A stretch of DNA of 64,000 bases from Methanobacteriota archaeon (GTDB lineage: Archaea; Thermoplasmatota; Thermoplasmata; SG8-5; JAGLSY01). The notes below the pieces were generated by a model, which was given only the letters and a program-made list of their open reading frames with translations, was not told where the DNA came from and did not search any database. Within the stretch, counting starts at the first letter, position 1. Each line of letters begins with the position of its first letter. The stretch covers positions 1-64,000 of the forward strand of contig JAEHCQ010000004.1 of NCBI GenBank assembly GCA_020696385.1, in the 5' to 3' direction. The position numbers and the translations under genes were made by a program. Positions 50,381 through 59,471 of this stretch are shown piece by piece.

Positions 50381-50958
50381 TCAAATCACCTGGTGATCTG
50401 GCGAATGAGCTTCATGAGCTCCCTCCTTCTTCTGCAATTAATCTCAAGATAGTCAGTGACAGTTATTTCGATGCCATAAGGGGAATAGTGGATATCTTCG
50501 CCAATAAGAAGAATTTAAATGTGATCTATATCACCGTGGCTATTCCATCACATTCGATAATCGATGTCCTCAAGATACTGGAGATCGACCTCACCAATAT
50601 CTACTTCGTGGATTGTGTTTCCCATATCATGATAGGTGGAGCCAAGAAATACAAGAACGTGCTCTATGTGGAGAGCCCCACGATGTTGGAGAATATCATG
50701 CTGAAAGTGGAATACCTCATAAGGAAGTCCGAGGGCAAGAACAATGTGATAGTTCTTGACGCGATCAATGCTCTGGGTATTCACAATAATATGAAGATAC
50801 TATCTGAATTCTTGCATATTTTTATAAACAATCTGAGGGCGAAGGATGCTTATTCCATGGTCTTCACGATGGAAGAGTTCAGCACTGATGAGATATCCAA
50901 TATGATGAAGCTGGTTTGCGATACCACAATAACCATCGGAGGTGGTGGAGATGGCTGA
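50377..50958 (+). CDS. Inactivated KaiC/RecA-fold protein
   Basis: VIYIT..P, YFVDCVS, VESPT.L, IVLDAI..L..N; no Walker A; coupled between two ATPase genes. Confidence 0.7.
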   Translation: MIKSPGDLANELHELPPSSAINLKIVSDSYFDAIRGIVDIFANKKNLNVIYITVAIPSHSIIDVLKILEIDLTNIYFVDCVSHIMIGGAKKYKNVLYVESPTMLENIMLKVEYLIRKSEGKNNVIVLDAINALGIHNNMKILSEFLHIFINNLRAKDAYSMVFTMEEFSTDEISNMMKLVCDTTITIGGGGDG

Positions 50959-51697
50959 AACTACCAGTATAGGTGTTGCGGAATTGGACAAATCCCTAAT
51001 GAATGGAGTTCCAAGAGGATACACTATTCTGGTCACTGGCACTCCCGGAACTGGCGTCGAGCTCTTTGCCAAACAGTTCGCAGCAGCTGGCATTGGAAAG
51101 GAGAATGTCACATACTTCTCCACCACTGAAAGTGACGAAGCTGTGAAGAATGCCATGAAGGAGTTCGGATGGAAGCAGGATATAAGGGTCGTGAACATTG
51201 GCAAGATGTACTATGAAAAAGTTCTGGCCAAGAATCTCGAGGTCAGCAAGTATCGCCAGGAAGGATTGAAGATGCGTGATATCAAGCAATTCAATGCCAG
51301 CCAGGCCGAGCAAAGCCAGGATGTCAATTTCCTTACTACTCTGACTTATGGTATATCGAAGCTCAAGCCTCCTTTTAGAATTGTTCTGGATTCTCTGGAT
51401 TTCTTTCTTGAATATTATGATGAACCCGATGTGCTCTCCGCTATCAGGACCATCAAGGCACATACTCATCTCAATAATGGCATAGCTCTTGTCACCATGC
51501 TGAAAGGTGTCTTTGACAATCGGGTGGAAAGCGGTGTCCAGGATATTGTGGATATCACGATAGAGATCGAAAGACTGAGAGAGGGATCGGAATTCAAGAG
51601 GAACATATTGATCAGAAAAGTAAGGAATCATCCAGAGAAAACAAAGATCCTTTCATGTCACATCGATGAAAAGGGTATATCTGCGAAAACCCTATGA
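50951..51697 (+). CDS. RAD55/KaiC-like protein with degenerate Walker A
   Basis: G.AELD..L.NGVP.G, GTPGTGVE (no Lys), IVLDSL, IRKVRN. Confidence 0.88.
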   Translation: MAETTSIGVAELDKSLMNGVPRGYTILVTGTPGTGVELFAKQFAAAGIGKENVTYFSTTESDEAVKNAMKEFGWKQDIRVVNIGKMYYEKVLAKNLEVSKYRQEGLKMRDIKQFNASQAEQSQDVNFLTTLTYGISKLKPPFRIVLDSLDFFLEYYDEPDVLSAIRTIKAHTHLNNGIALVTMLKGVFDNRVESGVQDIVDITIEIERLREGSEFKRNILIRKVRNHPEKTKILSCHIDEKGISAKTL

Positions 51698-51711
51698 CGC
51701 CTGTAACTCGT

Positions 51712-51770
51712 CAATAGACGTATATGCATACGGCAATAGACGAAATATTTTAAGAAAAGTATAAATATAT
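51712..51770 (+). promoter_or_regulatory. Pilin promoter: direct repeat CAATAGACG x2 followed by BRE/TATA
   Basis: CAATAGACG at 51712 and 51734; AAGAAAAG-TATAAATA at 51752-51767. Confidence 0.5.
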
Positions 51771-51833
51771 TGAACTTGTAATCCAATATCACGTAAATCT
51801 TAACTCAGGTTTTGATTTACAGGAGGACGAAAC

Positions 51834-52349
51834 ATGAAAAACACATGGAATATAAGAAAGAAGGAAGACGCAGTGTCTCCAGTTATCGCTACCATTTTGA
51901 TGGTCGCAATAACTGTGGTATTGGCTGCTGTGCTCTATGTTATGGTCATAGGGTTCGGCGGTGACGGTAGCTCCACCCCAGCAGGGTCATGGAATGCAGC
52001 CGCTGCAGACTCTCAGACTGAAGGAACATTGACCTTTGGTGCCTTTACAACAGATGTTGCACCATTGGACTTGAAAATATTCGTTAAAGCTAACGGAACA
52101 GCACTAGGTGAGATATCATTCACACAAAACACACTATCACCTCAGCCGCTCACATGGGTAGCTGGTGCACCTGCAACTGCAGTATACACAGATTATAATG
52201 CAGCTAACGGTGAGGTAAACTCTGGTGATTACATAACATTCACCGGTCTCAGTGCAGGAACCACTTACTCATTTGAAGTGTTCCACATTCCGTCTGATGC
52301 AACAGTCTCCATGACTGGTACAAACGGCCAGTTCCAGACACCAGCATAG
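51834..52349 (+). CDS. Archaeal type IV pilin (class III signal peptide)
   Basis: RKKEDA|VSPVIATILMVAITVVLAAVLYVMV; strong GGAGG RBS. Confidence 0.93.
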   Translation: MKNTWNIRKKEDAVSPVIATILMVAITVVLAAVLYVMVIGFGGDGSSTPAGSWNAAAADSQTEGTLTFGAFTTDVAPLDLKIFVKANGTALGEISFTQNTLSPQPLTWVAGAPATAVYTDYNAANGEVNSGDYITFTGLSAGTTYSFEVFHIPSDATVSMTGTNGQFQTPA

Positions 52350-52376
52350 ATAATCTAAGCTAGACGATTTGGACAA

Positions 52377-52417
52377 TGTGAGCCTTAACCGGCTCACACT
52401 CTTTTCCTTTTTCTTTT
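52377..52417 (+). terminator. Hairpin plus pyrimidine/T tract after pilin 1
   Basis: TGTGAGCC-TTAACC-GGCTCACA then CTCTTTTCCTTTTTCTTTT. Confidence 0.7.
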
Positions 52418-52459
52418 AAAATTCTCTCTTCTTAGAGGGTGTTATGTATTTTAGAAAGA

Positions 52460-52730
52460 TTGACCTCCCCGCCATTCTAACGGGGTTTCGAATATAGAAC
52501 TGTCACTCGTCGAGATATAGAACATAGTACCCCGCCCCTGTATTTTTCGGGATTGCTCCGCCTGGCGCATATTACTGAACGGCTTCGCAACCTTCGAAAT
52601 TCGGGATATTTCGTCGAATATATGACGAATTTCTTCAGGCGGGGCATGTTCGCATACAAATGCCTTGCATGGACATCGCCTTGCATTCTGATGCCTCGCT
52701 TACACATTGCCACAGATTGCCAGCCTATTA
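52460..52730 (-). mobile_element. Candidate non-autonomous IS200/IS605-derived element or structured RNA
   Basis: Minus strand ends GAAACCCCG-N9-CGGGGAGGTCAA; long stem 52520-52540 / 52636-52651; no credible ORF. Confidence 0.35.
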
Positions 52731-52810
52731 GTAATAAAAATGTGTTTTAATATCGAAACGGTTTTATATAACTAACACATCTGTAGTATGTGGCACAGGG
52801 AAGTGTAAAT

Positions 52811-53332
52811 ATGAGATATAATCAATTCATTAGAGAGAAGGCAGGAGTTTCTCCTATCATAGCGACGATATTGATGGTAGCTGTCACGGTCGTTCTAGCC
52901 AGTGTTCTTTATGTCATGATAGTCGGTATGGGAAGTGGCTCTGCCGATCTTGCACCTCTAGGAATATGGTCATCCTCGGATATCACAGGGAATACCACAG
53001 CTACATACACTTTTGGCAGCTTCAGTTATGATGTCATACCAATAGATATCAAGATCATTGTGCAGGAAGGCGATAATCAGACCTTCACCGAGTTCACAGG
53101 GAGATTGCAGAACAAAACAACCCCTATGTTCTTGACAGGCAATAATACGGATACAATGAGCATCACTTATCAGGATAATAACTGGGGGGCCAATACTATA
53201 GGTGGTGGTGATAAACTATTCATCAGTGGTCTACAGCCAGATACTGTCTACACTGTCAGGGTATTTCACAAACCATCTGATCAGATCATACAGATGACCG
53301 GCGATAGCAGTTCTATCCAGACCCTTCCATAA
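52811..53332 (+). CDS. Archaeal type IV pilin, paralogue 2
   Basis: REKAG|VSPIIATILMVAVTVVLASVLYVMI; globular part alignable to pilin 1 (TFG.F..DV.P.D.KI, GD, VFH.PSD, MTG, QT). Confidence 0.92.
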   Translation: MRYNQFIREKAGVSPIIATILMVAVTVVLASVLYVMIVGMGSGSADLAPLGIWSSSDITGNTTATYTFGSFSYDVIPIDIKIIVQEGDNQTFTEFTGRLQNKTTPMFLTGNNTDTMSITYQDNNWGANTIGGGDKLFISGLQPDTVYTVRVFHKPSDQIIQMTGDSSSIQTLP

Positions 53333-53472
53333 TGTCTACTGTGAGCCATTATATTTGATATATGCTTAGTGAGAGTATTTTCAAGTTCAAATATCTCACA
53401 ATATTGAATTTACAGCCACAATCATTAAATATCAATCCATCCTATTTTGGATAATACAGAAAAGTGATCTAT

Positions 53473-53868
53473 ATGAAAGTAAGAAGCGGCCACATAAAAT
53501 TTGACAAGGGTGTTCAATACAAGGATTTCATACCCATATTCTCGGAGATGTACCTCAAGTTCCTGGAAGACACTGACCAGACTCCCGAAGAGGAAGAGGT
53601 AGTGCACATGATGATCAAGGAGAATCTCATCGACCTGGAGAGGAACAAGAAGCCAGAGGGCTACAATCGCCAGGGGCGCATGAGAATGATATTCCCTATC
53701 CAGGAAGAGAAAGAGGAACTGGAAGTTTACATCTACGGTCATTACCACTCAGCCAAATCACTGGAAGTGGCCAGGGTCACTGAATCCATGAGTAGATTTC
53801 TGAAAAGCAAGGGCTTTGAGAATGATGTGGACTGGGACAAGATGTTGATCCACAAATATAAGAAGTGA
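53473..53868 (+). CDS. Hypothetical protein
   Basis: 131-aa soluble ORF with host-like codon usage; GTGA RBS before ATG. Confidence 0.75.
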   Translation: MKVRSGHIKFDKGVQYKDFIPIFSEMYLKFLEDTDQTPEEEEVVHMMIKENLIDLERNKKPEGYNRQGRMRMIFPIQEEKEELEVYIYGHYHSAKSLEVARVTESMSRFLKSKGFENDVDWDKMLIHKYKK

Positions 53869-53902
53869 TGATCTGTATATTCCTGCTGACCGTACACATC
53901 CA

Positions 53903-54460
53903 TCATAGCTCAACAGTTACAACATCCGAGTAGACCGGACCTTTTGGTGTAAGCTCGGACTTCTTCAAAATGATCTTCTCGACCTTAAGTGTGGTGAACT
54001 CAGAGCTCTCGAACCTTTTGACGGTTTCCGGCAAGCCGATCGTATCGAGTGTGTTCCCCACCCTCGCGATAGTGATATGAGGTGAGAACTTCCTTCTTTC
54101 CTGACGGAAGCCCATCATGGTCAAGCCGTCGTCCAGCTTCTCCGCGATATTGGACAAGATCTCTGTGTTCTCAAGGCCAGCCCATACCACCGATATCCTT
54201 TCGTAATTGGGAAACACACCAGTACCTTTCAGGTCCATTTCAAAGGGCTCATGTCCTTCGACAGCCTTCCTCATAAAGCTCTCGATCTCCGGGACCAATT
54301 CCTCGTCGATATCACCCAGGAACTTCAAGGTGATGTGAAGGCTGTCCAGCTTTACGAACTTAAGATCTGAATCTATCTCTCTCAAAGCCTTAACGAACTT
54401 CAAGAGCTCAGGAACGCGGCCTATATCGATAGCAATAAAACTCCTTATTTTATCATTCAT
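53903..54460 (-). CDS. thpR: RNA 2',3'-cyclic phosphodiesterase (2H family, LigT)
   Basis: RSFIAI, HITLKFLG, PHITIAR, S.L.P.GP.Y. Confidence 0.95.
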   Translation of the reverse strand: MNDKIRSFIAIDIGRVPELLKFVKALREIDSDLKFVKLDSLHITLKFLGDIDEELVPEIESFMRKAVEGHEPFEMDLKGTGVFPNYERISVVWAGLENTEILSNIAEKLDDGLTMMGFRQERRKFSPHITIARVGNTLDTIGLPETVKRFESSEFTTLKVEKIILKKSELTPKGPVYSDVVTVEL

Positions 54461-54474
54461 ATCTCAAACCTCCA

Positions 54475-55158
54475 TCAATCAGATACAATCGTGCCGTGGA
54501 AATCATTTCCAAGTATGGCTTTCTCCAGTTCCACCAGCTCACGGCCGTGCACTATCCGGGTCTCTATACCAGATCGTGCAATTATCTTCGCGCCCAGTGG
54601 ATCGAAAACAACATTTGGCCCCGCGCCACCTTCCACCTGGAGGCAGATACGCACCAGCTCGGAAAAGCTCACGGTTGGAAGCCTCTTTGCATCCGGATCC
54701 TTCTTCGGATCGGATGTATAAACGCCATCCACAGAAGTAGCATTGATCAATCTGACAGCTCCAACACGCTCACCCAGCATGGCGGAGACCGCATCCGTCG
54801 TGTGGCCCGGATGCGTACCGCCCATTATCACGATGTCGTGGTTCTTAGCAGCCATGATGGCCTCGTCAAAACTAACAGCTGGAACATGATAAGCGCTGTC
54901 CCCAAGTGCGGTTATCAGCATCCTGGCATTGAGCCTCGTGACAGCAATTCCCACATCATCCAGATAGGATTCATCAGCTCCAAGGTCCCGCCCCAGTCTG
55001 ATATAATATCTGGCTATTCGACCACCACCAACGACGATGAATAATTTCGCATCCTTCTTGATCCTCAGAAGCATGTCTGCCAGTTCCTTTATGTAAGAGG
55101 TATCATGGTCATCGGGGACCAGTATCGAGCCGCCTATTGAGATAACTACATTTTCCAT
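54475..55158 (-). CDS. pyrH: UMP kinase
   Basis: VISIGGS, VGGG..AR.YI, GGT.PGHTTDAV, VDGVY..DPK; true start ATG 55158. Confidence 0.96.
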   Translation of the reverse strand: MENVVISIGGSILVPDDHDTSYIKELADMLLRIKKDAKLFIVVGGGRIARYYIRLGRDLGADESYLDDVGIAVTRLNARMLITALGDSAYHVPAVSFDEAIMAAKNHDIVIMGGTHPGHTTDAVSAMLGERVGAVRLINATSVDGVYTSDPKKDPDAKRLPTVSFSELVRICLQVEGGAGPNVVFDPLGAKIIARSGIETRIVHGRELVELEKAILGNDFHGTIVSD

Positions 55159-55291
55159 ATTATCGCATGAACAATTCGCCATCAATATTTCATACTTGCT
55201 ATTGAAAATGAGTAAGAGAGTGCTCAAACTCAAACATATAAAATATATAAAGGTGGATACCTTGTGCCCGATATAACACCGAGGACGATAC

Positions 55292-56515
55292 ATGGCGAAG
55301 CCAGATGCATTAGCGAGATACGAGTTCAAGCGACAGATCAGAGAGATCCAGAGCATCAAGGGTAGAGCGACCGAGCTGATATCCCTCCATATCCCGCAGA
55401 AGAAGATGGTGCACGATGTCGTATCATACCTCAGGAACGAGGCCTCCCAGTCATCCAATATCAAGTCCAGAACAACAAAGAAGAACGTGTCCTGGGCCAT
55501 CGAGTCCATAATGGGACGATTGAAGAATTTTAAACAGGTGCCTGAAAACGGCCTGGCTTTCTTCGTCGGGCACAAGGCCGCAGGCGGGGATCAGACAGTT
55601 GCTGTTAGTTTTATCATCGAGCCGCCGGAGCCAATCACCACTTTTCTTTACAGATGCGATTCGTATTTTTACCTGGACGCTCTGGAAGACATGCTTATTG
55701 AAAAGGAAACCCTGGGCCTCATAGTGATCGACAGGAGCGAGGCAACCATCGGTATCCTGAATGGCAAAAGACTCCAGGTGGTCAAGAACATCCAATCCCG
55801 AATTATGGGCAAGCACCGGCAAGGTGGCCAGTCCGCCCAGAGGTTCGAAAGATTGATCGAAATATCAGCCCATGAGTATTACAAGAAGGTTGCTGGCATC
55901 GCGGATGACGCTTTCCTGGAGATCGAAGGCCTGAAAGGCATTATCCTTGGTGGACCAGGAAGTACCAAGAATTTCTTCGCGGATAAGAATTATCTCAATC
56001 ACTCATTAAACAGTAAAATATTGAACACTTTCGACACTGGCTATACTGACGAATACGGTCTGAAGGAGCTCTTGGAAAATGCCACATTGACCCTGAAGGA
56101 CATGGACATATCGAAGGAAAAGGAGCTGATGCGAAGGTTCATGGACGAGCTTCGCAAGCCAGACGGTGGCCTTGCGGCTTATGGAGAGGTCGAGGTATAT
56201 GACGCTCTGAATGCCGGGGCGGTGGACGTCCTGATGGTATCTGAAGGAGTGGCTAGATACCGGGTGAAATACACCTGCAAGGATTGCGGCGTATCCGGTC
56301 AGGTAATGATCAATGACCCCAATCAGATAAAATGCAAAAAATGCTCTGGGGATGTGGCCATAGATGAGGAAGCGGATGTCATAGAGGGGCTTTATGTCAA
56401 TGCCGAAGGCTATGGCTCGACAGTGGAATTAATTTCAATGGATTCGGAAGAAGGAGAGATGCTCATGAAGGCCTTCAATGGGCTGGCAGCAATTCTCCGA
56501 TACAAGGTGGGATAG
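55292..56515 (+). CDS. prf1: Peptide chain release factor aRF1
   Basis: TELISL, NIKS, YRCD, GGQS..RFERL; CxxC..CxxC insert. Confidence 0.97.
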   Translation: MAKPDALARYEFKRQIREIQSIKGRATELISLHIPQKKMVHDVVSYLRNEASQSSNIKSRTTKKNVSWAIESIMGRLKNFKQVPENGLAFFVGHKAAGGDQTVAVSFIIEPPEPITTFLYRCDSYFYLDALEDMLIEKETLGLIVIDRSEATIGILNGKRLQVVKNIQSRIMGKHRQGGQSAQRFERLIEISAHEYYKKVAGIADDAFLEIEGLKGIILGGPGSTKNFFADKNYLNHSLNSKILNTFDTGYTDEYGLKELLENATLTLKDMDISKEKELMRRFMDELRKPDGGLAAYGEVEVYDALNAGAVDVLMVSEGVARYRVKYTCKDCGVSGQVMINDPNQIKCKKCSGDVAIDEEADVIEGLYVNAEGYGSTVELISMDSEEGEMLMKAFNGLAAILRYKVG

Positions 56516-56517
56516 AT

Positions 56518-58308
56518 ATGGGAACGTGGCCTGAGTTCTATAAATATATGGCAAAATTCGATCCATTATATATATTCGAGAAAGAAGCTAAAGATCAGAT
56601 GAGAATGGTTTTGAATTCCTTAGGTGCAGAAGAAGATTTACTCTTACCTGGATTGAAGCTTCACCAGCACAGTGATTATGCCTTCGTTTGCTTCGCAACA
56701 GCTGGACCACTGGGTATGAAGCCGCAGGAGCTGGCCGAGAAATTGGTGGCTGGCATTGGTGACAATCCTCTATTTGAAAAGATCGAGAATGTGGGCCCTT
56801 ACGTTAATTTTTACATAGATAGGAAAGAACTGGCATTAAGAACAATGGAAATGGTGACCAGGACTAAGGACAGATACGGTTCCTTCGATATGGAAGGACA
56901 GCCACCGAAGGTCATCCTGGAGCATACCAGCGCGAATCCAACTGGCCCGCTTCATGTCGGCCGGGCCAGGAATCCGATAATCGGAGACACGATGGCGCGT
57001 ATCCTCCGGAAAAGAGGATACGATCTGGATGTTCAATTCTATGTCGATGATATGGGTAAACAGCTTGTTATCCTCACCTGGGGACATGAGAATATCACTG
57101 GGTTGGATGTCGAATCCGACAGGGCGGATCACAAGTTCGTCAAGTACTACCAGGAAGCCAATCGGCTCATGGAAGAGGATACCAGCATCAATGAGGAGAT
57201 CAATAAGCTCATCTCCATCTATGAGGAAGATGGAGATGCCGAAATATCCAAAAAGGTCAGGAAGAACTGCGAGGATATTCTGGATGGAATGCTAGCCCCG
57301 ATGAGACGACTGGATGTTCATTACGATTCTTTCGCATGGGAATCCAAGTACGTGAGGGATGGAAGTGTCAAGCAGGTCATCGACAAGCTTCGCGCCAGTG
57401 AATTCACTGGCGAGGATGAAGGAGCTTTATTCCTGGACCTTTCCCATGAGCAGCTTAACAAGGCTGGCAGGGAGAATAAACTGTTCCTGACAAGAAGCGA
57501 TGGAACTTCACTTTACACAACTCGAGACATAGGCTATCATCTTGAGAAGCTGGCGAACTCGAATATCGCCATCAATGTACTCGGCGAGGACCACAAGCTC
57601 AAGGCCTGGGCTGTCAATGCCTGCCTACAGATCCTTGAGAAGGGATCTGTAGATATCAGTTCCTGTGATTCAGACCCAGTCGAGATATTATTCTACGCCT
57701 TTGTCTCACTTCCAGAGGGCAAGATGTCCACCCGGAAGGGCCACGTGGTCTACATGGACGACCTTATCGAGGAGGCCGTGTCCCGGGCACTGGATGAAGT
57801 GGAGAAGAAAAGGCCGGAGCTTCCGGATGAGATCAAACACGGCATCGCGGAGATCGTGGGTGTCGGTGCCATACGCTACAATATAATCCGGGTGCAGGCG
57901 GAAAAGCAGATGACCTTCAAATGGGAGGAGGCCATGAATTTTGAAGGGAACAGTGCGCCCTTCATTCAATATTCCCATGCCAGGGCGAGCAGTATTCTGA
58001 GAAAGACAACACCGCCTGAGAATTTCGATCCCGGACTTTTGGTACATGATTCCGAGCTCGATCTGATCAAAACACTGGCCAAATTCCCTTCCCTTATATT
58101 CAAATGCGCGGATGACAGAACACCGCATATCATAGCTTCATACGCTTATGAGCTGGCATCCCTCTTCAATCAATTTTACAGGGATTGTCCCGTGCTTAGC
58201 GCGGAAGAAGATATCATGGGATCGAGGCTTAATTTGGTAAAATGCTCGAAGATGGTACTTCAGAACGCGCTGAACACATTGGGAATTGTGGCCCCTGAGG
58301 AAATGTAA
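56518..58308 (+). CDS. argS: Arginine--tRNA ligase
   Basis: EHTSANPTGPLHVGR, KMSTRKG, APFIQYSHARASSIL, LGI.APE.M. Confidence 0.97.
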   Translation: MGTWPEFYKYMAKFDPLYIFEKEAKDQMRMVLNSLGAEEDLLLPGLKLHQHSDYAFVCFATAGPLGMKPQELAEKLVAGIGDNPLFEKIENVGPYVNFYIDRKELALRTMEMVTRTKDRYGSFDMEGQPPKVILEHTSANPTGPLHVGRARNPIIGDTMARILRKRGYDLDVQFYVDDMGKQLVILTWGHENITGLDVESDRADHKFVKYYQEANRLMEEDTSINEEINKLISIYEEDGDAEISKKVRKNCEDILDGMLAPMRRLDVHYDSFAWESKYVRDGSVKQVIDKLRASEFTGEDEGALFLDLSHEQLNKAGRENKLFLTRSDGTSLYTTRDIGYHLEKLANSNIAINVLGEDHKLKAWAVNACLQILEKGSVDISSCDSDPVEILFYAFVSLPEGKMSTRKGHVVYMDDLIEEAVSRALDEVEKKRPELPDEIKHGIAEIVGVGAIRYNIIRVQAEKQMTFKWEEAMNFEGNSAPFIQYSHARASSILRKTTPPENFDPGLLVHDSELDLIKTLAKFPSLIFKCADDRTPHIIASYAYELASLFNQFYRDCPVLSAEEDIMGSRLNLVKCSKMVLQNALNTLGIVAPEEM

Positions 58309-58416
58309 GCTGGCTTTAGGCTAGTATGTTCTATTATCACCTATTCCTCCCACCAGGCTCCGCCCCCACCTCGAATCATAATTGAATACACCCACCCACG
58401 AGTTTTGAATGATATT

Positions 58417-58495
58417 GATGGGGTTTTCTAATCGCCTAGATTCTTTCTAATCGCCTATAATATGTATATCACTAGCGATTAGAAAAACTAATACG
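58417..58495. repeat. Dispersed palindromic intergenic element, copy 2 (left arm duplicated)
   Basis: TTTCTAATCGCCTA twice then GCGATTAGAAA (11-bp perfect inverted repeat), ending TAATACG. Confidence 0.7.
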
Positions 58496-58526
58496 CATAT
58501 ATTTATTATATTTTCAGAGTATTTGT

Positions 58527-59471
58527 TTATATTTGTAATCCATCACGGGATATGCCAGCGATCATCGCTACATGTCCCTTTTCTCTGATCATGCTGGCCA
58601 GTTCTTCCGGCTCATTGGTCAATGCCGCTACATAAGCATGACTTTCCGATACGCACAGCCTCACTCCGTATGCCCGGGACCTGCAAGTCTTGGCCAGAAC
58701 TTTTAGTTCTGGCGTGTACATGCCCATTATCTTCGTCAACTTGTCAGTCTCATTCATGGCATGCCCCACACCTGCCATGTCCCCGCGCTTCAAAGCCTCC
58801 AGACCTTGCTTCGCAAGCTTTGCAGAATCCTTGTACATGTCCTTAATGAATCCACCCTGACGTCTGGCAATACTATCGATCTTTCCAGACATATTCCTGC
58901 TTGCTACATTTTCATTGAGGAATCCAAGGACAAAGGTCATATCCGGCACATCCAGATGATGGATATGAACCGCCTTCTTCCCCTCTCCGATGCTCCATAG
59001 ATGGCCTTCCCCGATATCATTGGACGATACCGTGCCATATCCATTAATGGCAGTGGACAATTCCAGTATTCCCGCCCTGCTCTTGTTCTCTTTCAATACA
59101 GCATGGCCTTTCAGAACAATATCCTCGAACATGAGATTGTCATTCATGATCGAAAGGGAACCCAGAGCTGAAGCGATGTGCGCGGACCTATACCCACTTA
59201 CATTGCCCGGCACTTCTATATCATCGATCTCAAATGCGACTGGAGTATCGATATCACTCCAGCCATTCAGTAGAGCCGCCCTCACATAGGGAAATCTATT
59301 CCTATCATAGATATCACCATTTACCATGAAGCTGTCAGATATCTGTGTCTCGCATCTTATTCGCTTATCCAGTGCGACCCCGACGGACGTACCTCCATGC
59401 TCATGAAGATCATATCCCAATATCGTAAGATTGCAGGGCGCTGAGGCGGAAGCTCTTTTGCTCGAGCTCAT
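58527..59471 (-). CDS. GHMP-fold mevalonate kinase homologue with degenerate catalytic motifs
   Basis: ASAP..L.ILG, AL..GD...VG..MN, G..TPEL..L, A.G pattern of MVK, but GLGSS and GAGGGG motifs are absent. Confidence 0.7.
   Translation of the reverse strand: MSSSKRASASAPCNLTILGYDLHEHGGTSVGVALDKRIRCETQISDSFMVNGDIYDRNRFPYVRAALLNGWSDIDTPVAFEIDDIEVPGNVSGYRSAHIASALGSLSIMNDNLMFEDIVLKGHAVLKENKSRAGILELSTAINGYGTVSSNDIGEGHLWSIGEGKKAVHIHHLDVPDMTFVLGFLNENVASRNMSGKIDSIARRQGGFIKDMYKDSAKLAKQGLEALKRGDMAGVGHAMNETDKLTKIMGMYTPELKVLAKTCRSRAYGVRLCVSESHAYVAALTNEPEELASMIREKGHVAMIAGISRDGLQI

Noticed and set aside
39738-51697. Circadian clock (kaiABC) or RadA/RadB recombinases
   Set aside because: Single-domain proteins without Ser-Thr phosphosites, no kaiA or kaiB; motifs fit RAD55/KaiC-like proteins and not RadA/RadB.
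52460-52730. SRP (7S) RNA on the minus strand (TAGGCTGG, TGTAA, GCCAGGCGGAGCAA)
   Set aside because: The helix-8 stem and GNRA tetraloop between CCAGG and GAGCA are missing and no terminal helix pairs the ends; kept only as an unidentified structured element.
52477-52750. 78-aa and 65-aa ORFs between the pilins
   Set aside because: No RBS, atypical composition, no recognisable motif; better explained as structured non-coding DNA.
55159-55575. 138-aa N-terminal extension of PyrH in the ORF track
   Set aside because: It overlaps the divergent promoter and the antisense of aRF1; homology starts at MENVVISIGGS.
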